A stretch of 64,000 nt of DNA from Candidatus Pacearchaeota archaeon (lineage in GTDB: Archaea; Nanobdellota; Nanobdellia; Pacearchaeales; GW2011-AR1), in contig JASFEO010000003.1 of NCBI GenBank assembly GCA_050124795.1, forward strand, positions 5,605 to 69,604. The letters are read 5' to 3'. The notes below the pieces were generated by a model that saw only the letters and a list, made by a program, of their open reading frames with translations, was not told where the DNA came from and ran no database searches. Of the stretch, positions 27,690 to 36,673 are shown one piece after another (position 1 is the stretch's first letter; each line of letters opens with the position of its first letter). The translations under genes were made by a program, and so were the position numbers.

Positions 27690-28496
27690 ATGACAAAAGC
27701 TAAGGAAGAAAAAGTTTCAGAAGAATTAAAAAAAGAAGCTGAAAGTGTTGACACTAAAAAAACTGATGAGTTAAAGGAAAAGGAAGAATCTAAATCTTTG
27801 GAAGAAAGGAAAAAAGAATTACTTGAGAAAGTTGCGAAGTTAAAAGAGAAAGTTGCTTCAGAAGGGCCGAGCACAGACGAATTAAAAGAGCAGGTTAAAA
27901 TTAAGAAGCGAACTGATATGCTGATTCCCCTTGAGGAATATGTTAAGGCAGGAATTTATCTTGGGACAAAAGTTGTAACTCCTGCAATGAAAAAATATGT
28001 TTACCGTAGACGTGCAGATGGTTTGGCAATCTTCAATACAAATATAATTGATGAAAAATTAAAAGAAGGAATTGAATACTTGTCAAAATTTAATTCTGAA
28101 GATATAATCTTAGTTTGCAAAAGACCTGCTGGTTGGAAAGCTGCAAAAATGTTTTCTGAACTTACAGGAATAAGAGTTTTCACAAAAAAGTATCCTGCAG
28201 GAGTTTTGACAAATACCAATTTGCCTGATTTTTTTGAAAATGAATTAACAATTGTAACTGATTCATGGCTTGATAAAAATGCTTTGAATGATACAATGAA
28301 AGTTCATAAAAATATTTTAATGATTTGCGACACAAACAATTTTGCAAAAGGTGCAGACCAGATTATTATTGGAAATAACAAAAGCGCGAAATCTCTTGGT
28401 GTAATTTTTTATCTTTTAACGCGCGGTTATCTGAAAGCAAAAGACATGGATACTTCAAAATTGCCTGACCTTGAATGGTGGACAGGTGAAGAGTAA
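27690..28496 (+). CDS. rps2: Ribosomal protein uS2 with K/E-rich N-terminal extension
   Basis: LIPLEEYVKAGIYLGTKVVTPAMKKYVYRRRADGLAIFNTNIIDEKLKEGIEYL...ILVCKRPAGWKAAKMFSELTGIRVFTKKYPAGVLTN. Confidence 0.85.
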   Translation: MTKAKEEKVSEELKKEAESVDTKKTDELKEKEESKSLEERKKELLEKVAKLKEKVASEGPSTDELKEQVKIKKRTDMLIPLEEYVKAGIYLGTKVVTPAMKKYVYRRRADGLAIFNTNIIDEKLKEGIEYLSKFNSEDIILVCKRPAGWKAAKMFSELTGIRVFTKKYPAGVLTNTNLPDFFENELTIVTDSWLDKNALNDTMKVHKNILMICDTNNFAKGADQIIIGNNKSAKSLGVIFYLLTRGYLKAKDMDTSKLPDLEWWTGEE

Positions 28497-28577
28497 AAAT
28501 CATGAAATGATTTTTAATTATATTTTTTAGGGAATAACTTTCACATAATTTTAAAAAGCATTAAGATAAATAATTTT

Positions 28578-28829
28578 ATGGCAAAGCTTGAAAGAATAAA
28601 ATTTAAATCTTTAGGACCTGAGCAAGAGTGTGTTGGGAAATCCTTAATTCATTGGTGCCATGGAAAGAGAATGGAGATTGTAAAAAATGATTATCTCCCG
28701 GGGAATGCCCAAGAATTTTATATCTGCAGAATATGTTATTCAATTGAAATCCCTTATTTTGCTCAGTTATCGGGAAGGAATCCGGAAAACTTTTTTAAAA
28801 ATTCTAATATCAGTGTTGTGAAAACATAA
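28578..28829 (+). CDS. Hypothetical Cys/His-containing small protein (83 aa)
   Basis: ...EQECVGKSLIHWCHGKRM...FYICRICYSIE... Confidence 0.35.
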   Translation: MAKLERIKFKSLGPEQECVGKSLIHWCHGKRMEIVKNDYLPGNAQEFYICRICYSIEIPYFAQLSGRNPENFFKNSNISVVKT

Positions 28830-28831
28830 TA

Positions 28832-29032
28832 TTATTTTATCACAACCAAAGTATCAAGACTTTTAATACAGTTTCCGCAATCAGGATTTAGTTTTCCTTT
28901 GTCTTTTGAAAAAAATTTTCTATGATACTCGCATCTTGCGCCAAAACTTTTTGGATAAGGAGCATAACCTTTATCAAAATCCCCGCCAAAATTATAATAC
29001 AGACATCTTGTATTTGTTTTATTCTTTTTCAT
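28832..29032 (-). CDS. Hypothetical Cys-containing small protein (~66 aa from MKKNK; ORF open to 29089)
   Basis: MKKNKTNTRCLYYNFGGDFDKGYAPYPKSFGARCEYHRKFFSKDKGKLNPDCGNCIKSL. Confidence 0.3.
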   Translation of the reverse strand: MKKNKTNTRCLYYNFGGDFDKGYAPYPKSFGARCEYHRKFFSKDKGKLNPDCGNCIKSLDTLVVIK

Positions 29033-29252
29033 GATATCTCCAAAGATATTTATCAACCCATATTGTTTGGCCATTCCAAAAATTCTCAACTAAATAATCA
29101 ATTATTTCATCAGGAGTTCTGTTCTCAAACAAAGAATGATAATACTGATGTTTATTTTTAGGAACATATGCAAGATTTTCTTCGAGGTTTTTTCCCTTGC
29201 GTGAAGTCGGGATGATGTGGTGTTTTGTTTTTCTTTTATTCTTTTTTGTCAT
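29019..29252 (-). CDS. Small HNH-endonuclease-family protein (77 aa)
   Basis: KHHIIPTSRKGKNLEENLAYVPKNKHQYYHSLFENRTPDE matches minimal HNH pattern (HHI.P.S.GG...N...L....H...H.LF). Confidence 0.5.
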   Translation of the reverse strand: MTKKNKRKTKHHIIPTSRKGKNLEENLAYVPKNKHQYYHSLFENRTPDEIIDYLVENFWNGQTIWVDKYLWRYHEKE

Positions 29253-29416
29253 TTGAATTTTTCTTTAATGTTTCCCAATAAACTGAATAATATTTTCTTT
29301 GTTCAGGATAATCCCCAATACAAAGATAAACATAGAGGTCGTAAAAATCACGATTGGATAAATCTTTTTTCCATAACTGAAAAGTGTCATAAATTTCTTC
29401 CTGAAGTGTTTTCATT

Positions 29417-30127
29417 TCACAAGTATTTTAGAAAATTTTTAATTGGCTGAAAATAACCCGCCCCCCAGAAACGCAAACCCATAATTCCCACTAATTTTTT
29501 GTCTGACATTGAAATCACCGGGGTTCCTGAGTCTCCAGGGATTACCCCTATATCAGTTCCAATTGAATTTTCATATCCTTCTCCGCCAGGAATTTTAATT
29601 CCATCTAAGTCACTAATTTTTCCCATTCGATAATTAAAACCGAGCAATTGAGGATTTCCTATGTCTGCAATTCTCTCTCCAAGATATATGTCCTTCCTTG
29701 GTTCTAATGGAAATCTCGGAACATCTAAATTTTTTGGTAATTTAAAAATTGCTACATCATTTTCATCAAAAATTAATTTTTCAAGTTTAACTCCGTTAAT
29801 CTTTGTCTCAAATTTAAGTTTTTCCGGGACTCTATTAATTAATCCAAAAGGGGTGTTTACCGGAACTCCCTTGCTAAAATCAACAATGTGGCCAAGTGTG
29901 AAATAAAAATCCTTATATACAATCCCCATCCCGTATTGTGTAAGATTCCTATCATAATTATCCATAAAATAATCTACTTTTGTTTCCGACTTAATGACAT
30001 ATTTTTTTAAACTTAATAATAATTTGCCTTCATCTAAATCAATTTCGTTTAATAAATTACTTAAATAATTTTTACAACCAATTAATCCTGCAGCCAAGCC
30101 TGTGACTAGAAAATGCCTTCTGTCCAT
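29417..30127 (-). CDS. Trypsin-like (S1/chymotrypsin fold) serine protease with twin-arginine/lipobox-like N-terminus
   Basis: MDRRHFLVTGLAAGLIGC (RRxFL Tat motif + Cys); GDSGTPV (GDSGGP-type catalytic Ser motif); TLGHIV (His region). Confidence 0.65.
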   Translation of the reverse strand: MDRRHFLVTGLAAGLIGCKNYLSNLLNEIDLDEGKLLLSLKKYVIKSETKVDYFMDNYDRNLTQYGMGIVYKDFYFTLGHIVDFSKGVPVNTPFGLINRVPEKLKFETKINGVKLEKLIFDENDVAIFKLPKNLDVPRFPLEPRKDIYLGERIADIGNPQLLGFNYRMGKISDLDGIKIPGGEGYENSIGTDIGVIPGDSGTPVISMSDKKLVGIMGLRFWGAGYFQPIKNFLKYL

Positions 30128-30226
30128 GGTTAATTAAGGGATTAAAAATTTATATGCCCTTGCTGAGTACAATAATAAGCAAAAAATAAATTATATACTT
30201 TTTGGAAAAATAAATAAATTATATAG

Positions 30227-31102
30227 TTAGTTTTTCTGGAAGAATTTTTCATTTAAGTTAATTGAAGAAATATCCCTGTAAATGTCTTTTATTAAACTTG
30301 CAAGTGGAATAAAAATTCTCTTCATTTCTTTATTATTTGTTTTGAAAAATTCTTCATTAAATTTTAAACTCTGTTTTTTATAAAGGCATGCATAAATATT
30401 GTCAATAATTTTTCTTAATTTTTCAAAATCTTTTTTTGAATAATTAATTTTCTGATTGCGAAATAAGATATCTCCAAATGCCTCGAACTTTTTTACCATG
30501 TCCAGATAAAAGAAAACATCCTCAATAGAATTTATATGCTCGTTGTTTCTCAAAAAAGGATCTTTTGCACAGGAAAATAAAATTCTTCTTGAAAGAAAAT
30601 AAAGGCTATCAATTTTGTCTTCTATTTTTTTTAATCCAAAAGAATCTTTTTCTTCAATTAAATCAACCATTAACTCCAGAAGGTAGATTATTCTTTTAAT
30701 CATTTTGCGGATGTTTACATTAAGCCCCTCAAATAAAAAAGTGATTTCAATTTTTTCTTTTGTTTCATTTGTTATTTCGTATCCTTCAAGATATTTTAAT
30801 ATTTTATTAATTTCAAAAATTTCTTTTTTCATTTTATCAAATTTAATTATGATTTTTTGAATATTTTTCATATAACAAAAAACAATGAATTCAGAAATAT
30901 TTTTTATGTCCTTAAGATAAATTGTTATTTTTTCTTTTTGTTTTATCCCTGATTCAGAAGTTTTAATTAATAATTCATTGTCTTTAAAATCTTCAATAAA
31001 TAAGATATTTCCTTCTTTTAAATTATTTTGAATTACCCATTTTTTAGGTAAAGAAATTGCATAGGTTCTTTTTCCAACAAGCTGTATTTTTCTTGATTCC
31101 AT
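30227..31102 (-). CDS. PhoU-domain regulator with N-terminal AbrB/SpoVT-type swapped-hairpin DNA-binding domain
   Basis: IQLVGKRTYAISLPKKWVIQNNLKEGN (SpoVT/AbrB-like); C-terminal helical repeats typical of archaeal PhoU homologs. Confidence 0.55.
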   Translation of the reverse strand: MESRKIQLVGKRTYAISLPKKWVIQNNLKEGNILFIEDFKDNELLIKTSESGIKQKEKITIYLKDIKNISEFIVFCYMKNIQKIIIKFDKMKKEIFEINKILKYLEGYEITNETKEKIEITFLFEGLNVNIRKMIKRIIYLLELMVDLIEEKDSFGLKKIEDKIDSLYFLSRRILFSCAKDPFLRNNEHINSIEDVFFYLDMVKKFEAFGDILFRNQKINYSKKDFEKLRKIIDNIYACLYKKQSLKFNEEFFKTNNKEMKRIFIPLASLIKDIYRDISSINLNEKFFQKN

Positions 31103-31161
31103 AATTATATATTTTGTAAGAAGGATTATATAATTTATATATTTTTCTAAAACTAAAAATA

Positions 31162-31398
31162 TTAATTTAAATTTTTAATTCTGCAGTTTAAAATCTGAAG
31201 AAGTTTTGAAATAAATCTTTTTCTCAAAATATTCTCAATTCTTTTTTCAGGTCCGATGGCAGATTGATTTTTTTCTGTCATAAAAATATTTTTCAGTTTA
31301 ACAGAATTATATCCCAAGCCATAATTTGTTGAAGCAGATAATTTCCTATAGTTGCAAAATCCGCGAAATGCAATCAAATCTGCCGTCATTAAAATCAC
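31162..31398 (-). CDS. Hypothetical protein (78 aa)
   Basis: ORF track only. Confidence 0.25.
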   Translation of the reverse strand: MILMTADLIAFRGFCNYRKLSASTNYGLGYNSVKLKNIFMTEKNQSAIGPEKRIENILRKRFISKLLQILNCRIKNLN

Positions 31399-31537
31399 TG
31401 TCTTTTAAATATTCATTATATTTTTAATGATTCTTTCATCATGGCGAGACAAAGTTTCACTTTCTAAAAGTTCTGTGTTTTCGCAGGCCGCTCTATAAAT
31501 TTCAATTCTATCAGAATCCTTTAATCCTTTTTTCATT

Positions 31538-31990
31538 TTATATTTTCATAAACAGCCAACTTTTCTCAGGCTTATTCCCATAATGAGTTTTTACTAAAAC
31601 ATATTTTCCTTTTAGTTTTTTACCAGTTAGTTTTATTTTGATTTCTTTTTTTGTCTTTTTAATTAGTTCATAAGTTCCTTTGTCCCATATTCCAACTTTG
31701 CCTGCGCCGTAATTTCCCTCGGGGATTGTTCCATGAAATTTTGCATATTCAACTGGATGGTCTTCAACTTTTATTGCTAATCTTTTTATTCCTTTAACTT
31801 TTGGGGGAATTTTTGGAATTGCCCATGATTTTAAAACTCCGTCGTATTCCAATCTTAAGTCATAATGCAAATGTGAGGCTGAATGTTTTTGAATTACATA
31901 GATTAATTTCTTTTTTGTTGATTTTATTTTTGGTTTTGGTTCGCCTGATTTTTTTAAGTTTCTTTTTTGTTTGTAGGTTGTTAGTGTCAT
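31538..31990 (-). CDS. Stand-alone LigD-type 3'-phosphoesterase (PE) domain protein
   Basis: KLIYVIQKHSASHLHYDLRLEYDGVLKSWAIPKIPP...KRLAIKVEDHPVEYAKFHGTIPEGNYGAGKVGIWDKGTYEL aligns motif-for-motif with bacterial LigD PE (FVIQKHDASRLHYDFRLE.DG.LKSWAVPKGP...KRLAV.VEDHPLDY..FEG.IP.G.YGAG.V.VWD.G). Confidence 0.8.
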   Translation of the reverse strand: MTLTTYKQKRNLKKSGEPKPKIKSTKKKLIYVIQKHSASHLHYDLRLEYDGVLKSWAIPKIPPKVKGIKRLAIKVEDHPVEYAKFHGTIPEGNYGAGKVGIWDKGTYELIKKTKKEIKIKLTGKKLKGKYVLVKTHYGNKPEKSWLFMKI

Positions 31991-32406
31991 TTTAATTCAT
32001 TAATTAATTTAATAAACTCTAGAATATCCGGGATTAATTCTTCCGACAGAGAATGAAAAACTTGCGCATCATCTAATTTGCCGTATTGATGAGAAATTAT
32101 ATTTCTCATGCCTTTTGCTTCTTGCAGCCTTTCAGAAAGTTCTTTTGAGATTATTCTTTCGTTTGCAAGAATTTCAAAAACCTGTTTTTCATATTCAGGC
32201 TGTTTTAATTTTTTCTCTTTAATTATAAAAAATGCAACATCAACAACTGCTTCAATTATTTTCTCAAAATATCTCTCGCCGATTGCTTTTATTTTATAAT
32301 CATTTCTGTAATCTTCAAAATCTGAAGGCAAAACCGGTTCTAATTCTTCAATAAATTTTTCTATCTCAATAATTTTATCTTTTATTCTATCTTCTTTGTT
32401 TTTCAT
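31987..32406 (-). CDS. hepT: HEPN-domain protein, HepT/DUF86-type toxin
   Basis: ...RNIISHQYGKLDDAQVF = R-x4-HxY HEPN catalytic motif in DUF86 context; 139 aa; 4-nt overlap with PE gene. Confidence 0.75.
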   Translation of the reverse strand: MKNKEDRIKDKIIEIEKFIEELEPVLPSDFEDYRNDYKIKAIGERYFEKIIEAVVDVAFFIIKEKKLKQPEYEKQVFEILANERIISKELSERLQEAKGMRNIISHQYGKLDDAQVFHSLSEELIPDILEFIKLINELK

Positions 32407-32902
32407 TATTAAATAAGACTTTATGATTTTTTAAAATTGACTTTTTTACTTTTTCGGGGAGAAAATTAAAAACCTGTATGTCGAGTTTGTCAGGGAGTTT
32501 TGCCATCACGCTTCTTCTGAAATTAAAAGCACCTTTTTTTGTAATTTTATTAAACATAACTGCGATATCAATATCTGATTTTATAGTAATTTCATTTTTC
32601 ACAACAGAACCAAATAAGAATATTTTTTTTATTTTTGGTTTTAATGGATGATCCAAGATAACTTCAAGAGCAAGATTGATTAATTTTTTGTTTTCAATTC
32701 CTTTTTTCAGGTTAAAATCATCTTCAAATTTTGAAAGCTCTTTAATGAATTCTAATTTTTTTCTTATGTCCCTTGACAGCCTGTTTTTTTCAGACTGAGT
32801 AAGATTAATTCCATTAACCTGTTTTTCAATTATTTTTAATTCCCCTGCCCCGAATATTTTTCTACTCTCCGGGGTTTTTTTAAGAAATTCAATCATTTTC
32901 AT
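32387..32902 (-). CDS. mntA: MntA-like minimal nucleotidyltransferase (antitoxin partner of HepT) with ~70 aa N-terminal extension
   Basis: IKKIFLFGSVVKNEITIKSDIDIAVMF (GS...SDIDI Pol-beta NTase motif); 20-nt overlap with hepT. Confidence 0.72.
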   Translation of the reverse strand: MKMIEFLKKTPESRKIFGAGELKIIEKQVNGINLTQSEKNRLSRDIRKKLEFIKELSKFEDDFNLKKGIENKKLINLALEVILDHPLKPKIKKIFLFGSVVKNEITIKSDIDIAVMFNKITKKGAFNFRRSVMAKLPDKLDIQVFNFLPEKVKKSILKNHKVLFNNEKQRR

Positions 32903-32921
32903 TGTGGGATAATTAATAAAA

Positions 32922-32934
32922 TAATCTATATAAA
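32922..32934 (-). promoter_or_regulatory. TATA-like box (TCTATATAAAGG, read on the plus strand) ~28 nt upstream of mntA start at 32902
   Basis: Motif and spacing; lies in a 220-nt region that must also hold the promoter for the oppositely oriented large gene. Confidence 0.3.
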
Positions 32935-33158
32935 GGTTATTGTAACCATAATTATGGTTATAGGTTGATAGTTTGCATTAAGCTTGAAATATATTTTCTA
33001 AAACAGTAATAATTATAAAGGCTTGAATATTTAGTAAGCCATGGCTAACAAAGGGGTGCCGGGAGTTCTTGAAGAACTGGTGCATCATGCTGTTTCTTTG
33101 ATTAAGCCAAATTCAATTTATTTTGCTTATAAAAGGAGGGTTTATCCTGCGATTTAAA

Positions 33159-36149
33159 ATGGTAAGGGAGAAAAGAGACCTTATTTATTTAAACCCAAAC
33201 GAATTAAAATTATTTAAATTCTTAAGATTAAATTCTGCTGAAATCTCGAATTGGCCTTCCTTGAAAGATATAACAAAAAAATTTAAGATTCCTGAAAAAA
33301 AAGCAAAAAGTTTAATATCCTCGTTAAGAAGAACAGATGGAATTACATTATCTTCTGAAACAAAAAAATTAGGAGATGAAATAATAACAAGATATGGTTT
33401 AACACCTGAAACTATCGGGGTCTTAGTTAAATCAGGGGAATCAAATAGTCAAAAGGAATTTAATTATTGCTCATTATATCTTGGAAAACCTTCTTTTGGA
33501 ACTAAAGCATTTGATGAAAGATATACAATGAAAGGGCTTGCTTTAGCATTAGAGGTTAATGGATTAGCAAAAGAGATTCAGGAAGTAATTATTCAGGGGG
33601 GGATAATCCCGACTGTACCTCCTTTTTCTTCTGTAAGTTATTTAACTGCTTTAAAATTTTTAAGCCAAATAGATAGAACCTCCGACAGAAAAAGTATCTC
33701 CGAAGAAATGCTTGAAGAAGAAATAACTACTGAATTTGAAAGAGACTTTTACAATAAATTTGTTAACAATGATAAAAAGAAAAAAATCACCTCCCTTACA
33801 GAAGCTTTTAGTGCTGCAGAAGAACAAATTTCTACGTTAATGAATGCACTCCCCGAAGAGACTGTTTTAAGAATGCAATTAGGTCATGAAGAAAGAGAGA
33901 ATATCCGTTTTTTAGAACAGGCGCAAATTCAAGGATTTGCTAAGAAAAAAACAAAGAGAATTAAAGCAATGAAAGAGGATTTAATTCAGGATAGTGAAAT
34001 TGCCTACGCAAAGTCATATGGGCTGGCAGCTAAACAATTTATTTTAGAAAAAATTTCTTCTTCAGAAGCATTAAAGAGTAAAATTGGGGAGAAAAAAAGA
34101 GATTATATTAAAAGAATTGAGAAAAAATTCTTAGACGCTAAAAAGATAGGGGGAAAATTAGATTTAATATGGGGGGGCTATCCTCTTGCAAGAACAAGCG
34201 AAGTATCTTTAGAAACAATCTGGGAAAAAGCAAAGGAAGAAGCTTTTAGGTATAGCTATCACTGGAGTAAGAGGGATCAAAAAAGGATAGGGATGCAGGC
34301 AAAAGAATTAGAAGACGAACTGGAAAAAATTCCTAAACAAAAAAGGGATTTAGAATCAAGAGTCGAAGATATAGAGGAGACTGAAAGCTGGACAAAACAA
34401 CTTCTTGGGGGGGATAGGGCAGCCATAACCTGGTTCACCAGACAATATCCTGTTGATGCAGATTACGCAGAATTCGGATGGAAAAAAGTAAAAGATAAGT
34501 TTACTAAACATTTTTTTAACTGGCACATTTCAAATCCAACAGTTATTCATGTATCCCCCAGAAAAAAAGTTACTCTCGATACAGGGATTGTAACGAATGT
34601 AAAAACAAAAGAAAAAGATACAGCAGAAGTAGAATACCGAATTCATTCAGATGGAAAAAAGAAAGTAATGATGATTGAAAATATAAATCATATTTCTTCA
34701 AATGATATTCCTGCAAAAGCCATTAATGCTGCAAAACAACTTATGAATTATGAAACTACTGTTTTAAAGAAACTTTATGAAAAAGAGATCAAGATGGTTC
34801 AACCAGATATTGTTCTTTTGGGGGCTCATTTAAGTGGGGGTTTTAGAGCAATGCCTTGGTTTAAAGAATCAGAGCAATTAATTGAAGGAGAGTTTGTTGG
34901 TGCACAGGATATTAGTTGGTTAATTAACCTTCCAACACTCCAATCTATCCCCCATCTGGAATGGCTCACAGCCCATCAATTTAGAAATTGGGATGTTAAA
35001 AGATATTTAAAAGGCCCCTATGCTTCTGCAGCAATTGCCCATATAGAAGATAACGAAGGAGTTAATAAATTTTCCATAATGGATAATGGGTTTTTAGTTG
35101 AGGCAGGCAAATTAGCCGAGCAAATTGAAACATACAGAGATGAATTAAGAGATAAATCCCTTGATAAAGAAACGCGCTCAAAAATTTTTGGATTAATAAA
35201 AGAAGCTAAACAAAAAGTTAAAGCAAATTTCAAAAAAATAGAGGCTGCCGGGGATTTTCACTTAGGTTCTCCGGATCAATGGGAAAGATATAGTAAAGAT
35301 CAATTAATTAAAGCCGCCCAATCATATCAAAAAAGAAAAGGTCTTCCAAATATTGTTTGTTATGATGAAATATTAAATGGTGTTGAAGAAAGAATTTTTA
35401 AATCTTCTACAAGATACCTTGGCGGGATTCCCCAAAAGTTTGAAAGGCAAGTTATTACGCCAATCTTAGAATCTGAAAATCTTTCTAATGAAGAAAAAGC
35501 AAGATTGATCGCAAAAGAGAGCATGGCTAATCTTAGGTCGATACCTATTCATAATATGTCTGATCAAAAAGATGCATTTAGATGGCTGTGCAAACCTTAT
35601 TTGGATAGAATTCTTGAAAATAATGGACTTTTAGTTCTTACAAGTGGGAATCATGCAAATCAATCACAGAGATTAGCTGACGAAGCTCAGGAACTTGCAA
35701 ATCAGTTTGACAAGGAATTAATATATGACCGATTCAATAAGCAAGGAAAGATTCATGTTCATTCAGGAAAAGGCAATCCTGTTGGAGTCGGGACAATAAG
35801 ATTAGGTGGAAATGCTCAGCAAAAGTTATTCACAATTCATAAAATGCCAGAAAGAATGGATGAAGGTTATGGGGGGGCATTGCATTTAAGAAAAGGGAAA
35901 AATGATGCAGATATAATTGTATACGGAGATAGACATCATCCTATAGCGTGGTATGCGGATGGACATCTTGGAACTCTTCATCCAGGAATGGAGCCTATTA
36001 ATACATATGTTCCCTTGATAGGAAAGCCTGCAGGAATTCATGGAATTAATAATATTTTTTATGACCCTGATAAAAGAGGGATATACCAAGTAGATTTTAT
36101 TTTAGATGATGCCCTTGAAAAGATTATTGAAGCTGAGAATATAATTTAA
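33159..36149 (+). CDS. Large multidomain protein (~996 aa from ATG 33159; ORF open from 33123) with N-terminal wHTH-like region and C-terminal calcineurin/Mre11-like metallophosphoesterase motif set
   Basis: C-terminal third: AAGDFHLGSPDQ (motif I GDxHxG as in Mre11/SbcD), VLTSGNHANQ (motif III GNH[DE]), IIVYGDRHHPIAWYADGHLG (GH / GHxH-like). N-term NELKLFKFLRLNSAEISNWPSLKDITKKF resembles an HTH. Start ambiguous (SD GGAGGG at 33134-33139; ATG 33159). Confidence 0.55.
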   Translation: MVREKRDLIYLNPNELKLFKFLRLNSAEISNWPSLKDITKKFKIPEKKAKSLISSLRRTDGITLSSETKKLGDEIITRYGLTPETIGVLVKSGESNSQKEFNYCSLYLGKPSFGTKAFDERYTMKGLALALEVNGLAKEIQEVIIQGGIIPTVPPFSSVSYLTALKFLSQIDRTSDRKSISEEMLEEEITTEFERDFYNKFVNNDKKKKITSLTEAFSAAEEQISTLMNALPEETVLRMQLGHEERENIRFLEQAQIQGFAKKKTKRIKAMKEDLIQDSEIAYAKSYGLAAKQFILEKISSSEALKSKIGEKKRDYIKRIEKKFLDAKKIGGKLDLIWGGYPLARTSEVSLETIWEKAKEEAFRYSYHWSKRDQKRIGMQAKELEDELEKIPKQKRDLESRVEDIEETESWTKQLLGGDRAAITWFTRQYPVDADYAEFGWKKVKDKFTKHFFNWHISNPTVIHVSPRKKVTLDTGIVTNVKTKEKDTAEVEYRIHSDGKKKVMMIENINHISSNDIPAKAINAAKQLMNYETTVLKKLYEKEIKMVQPDIVLLGAHLSGGFRAMPWFKESEQLIEGEFVGAQDISWLINLPTLQSIPHLEWLTAHQFRNWDVKRYLKGPYASAAIAHIEDNEGVNKFSIMDNGFLVEAGKLAEQIETYRDELRDKSLDKETRSKIFGLIKEAKQKVKANFKKIEAAGDFHLGSPDQWERYSKDQLIKAAQSYQKRKGLPNIVCYDEILNGVEERIFKSSTRYLGGIPQKFERQVITPILESENLSNEEKARLIAKESMANLRSIPIHNMSDQKDAFRWLCKPYLDRILENNGLLVLTSGNHANQSQRLADEAQELANQFDKELIYDRFNKQGKIHVHSGKGNPVGVGTIRLGGNAQQKLFTIHKMPERMDEGYGGALHLRKGKNDADIIVYGDRHHPIAWYADGHLGTLHPGMEPINTYVPLIGKPAGIHGINNIFYDPDKRGIYQVDFILDDALEKIIEAENII

Positions 36150-36660
36150 ATGAAAAAACAAATCTACTTAATTTGTCCTGTAAGAGAGATTACTCCTGAG
36201 CAAAGAGAATATCTTGATAATTATGTAGGGAGCGTATTCTTTTAAAACACGTGTCCAAAATAAGGCGAAATGTTTTTGGGCCCATCCTTTTGCGAAAAAT
36301 CTCTCAGGTTCAATAATTAGATAAAAACCCCTTTTGTGCATCCTTTTTCTTATCATGCTCCTTTCACCTAAATTTTTTTTTCTTAGGCTTTTTATAATAT
36401 CCGGGTTAATAGCATTTTTCATCAACACTTGAAACATTGTATTCTTTTAGGGCTCGATAGTATCTTTCCCCTTTTGTAACAAAATGAGTTAGGAATACAA
36501 CATCGTTTTCTGGGGCGATAATAGAATCATAAACAGAAAGGCAATTTTATATTTCCAGGATTATTCTTCTTTCTGTCATAAGTTTTGGTTTGTTTTTTCA
36601 TTTAAAAATATTGTCGGGGGTTTTGCAATTAATTTTTAAACTAATTTTTCTTTAGAAAAG
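36150..36660. pseudogene. Region of short, frame-broken ORFs on both strands (possible gene remnants)
   Basis: 31-aa ORF MKKQIYLICPVREITPEQREYLDNYVGSVFF* on +; 89-aa ORF on -; protein-like segments (DSIIAPENDVVFLTHFVTKGERYYRALKEYNV) in a third frame; no intact long ORF in 500 nt. Confidence 0.3.
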
Positions 36661-36673
36661 TGAGGAGGTGAAA

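Noticed and set aside
29217-29450. 77-aa plus-strand ORF
   Set aside because: It overlaps the ends of two better-supported minus-strand genes (HNH protein and protease); F-rich, low-complexity.
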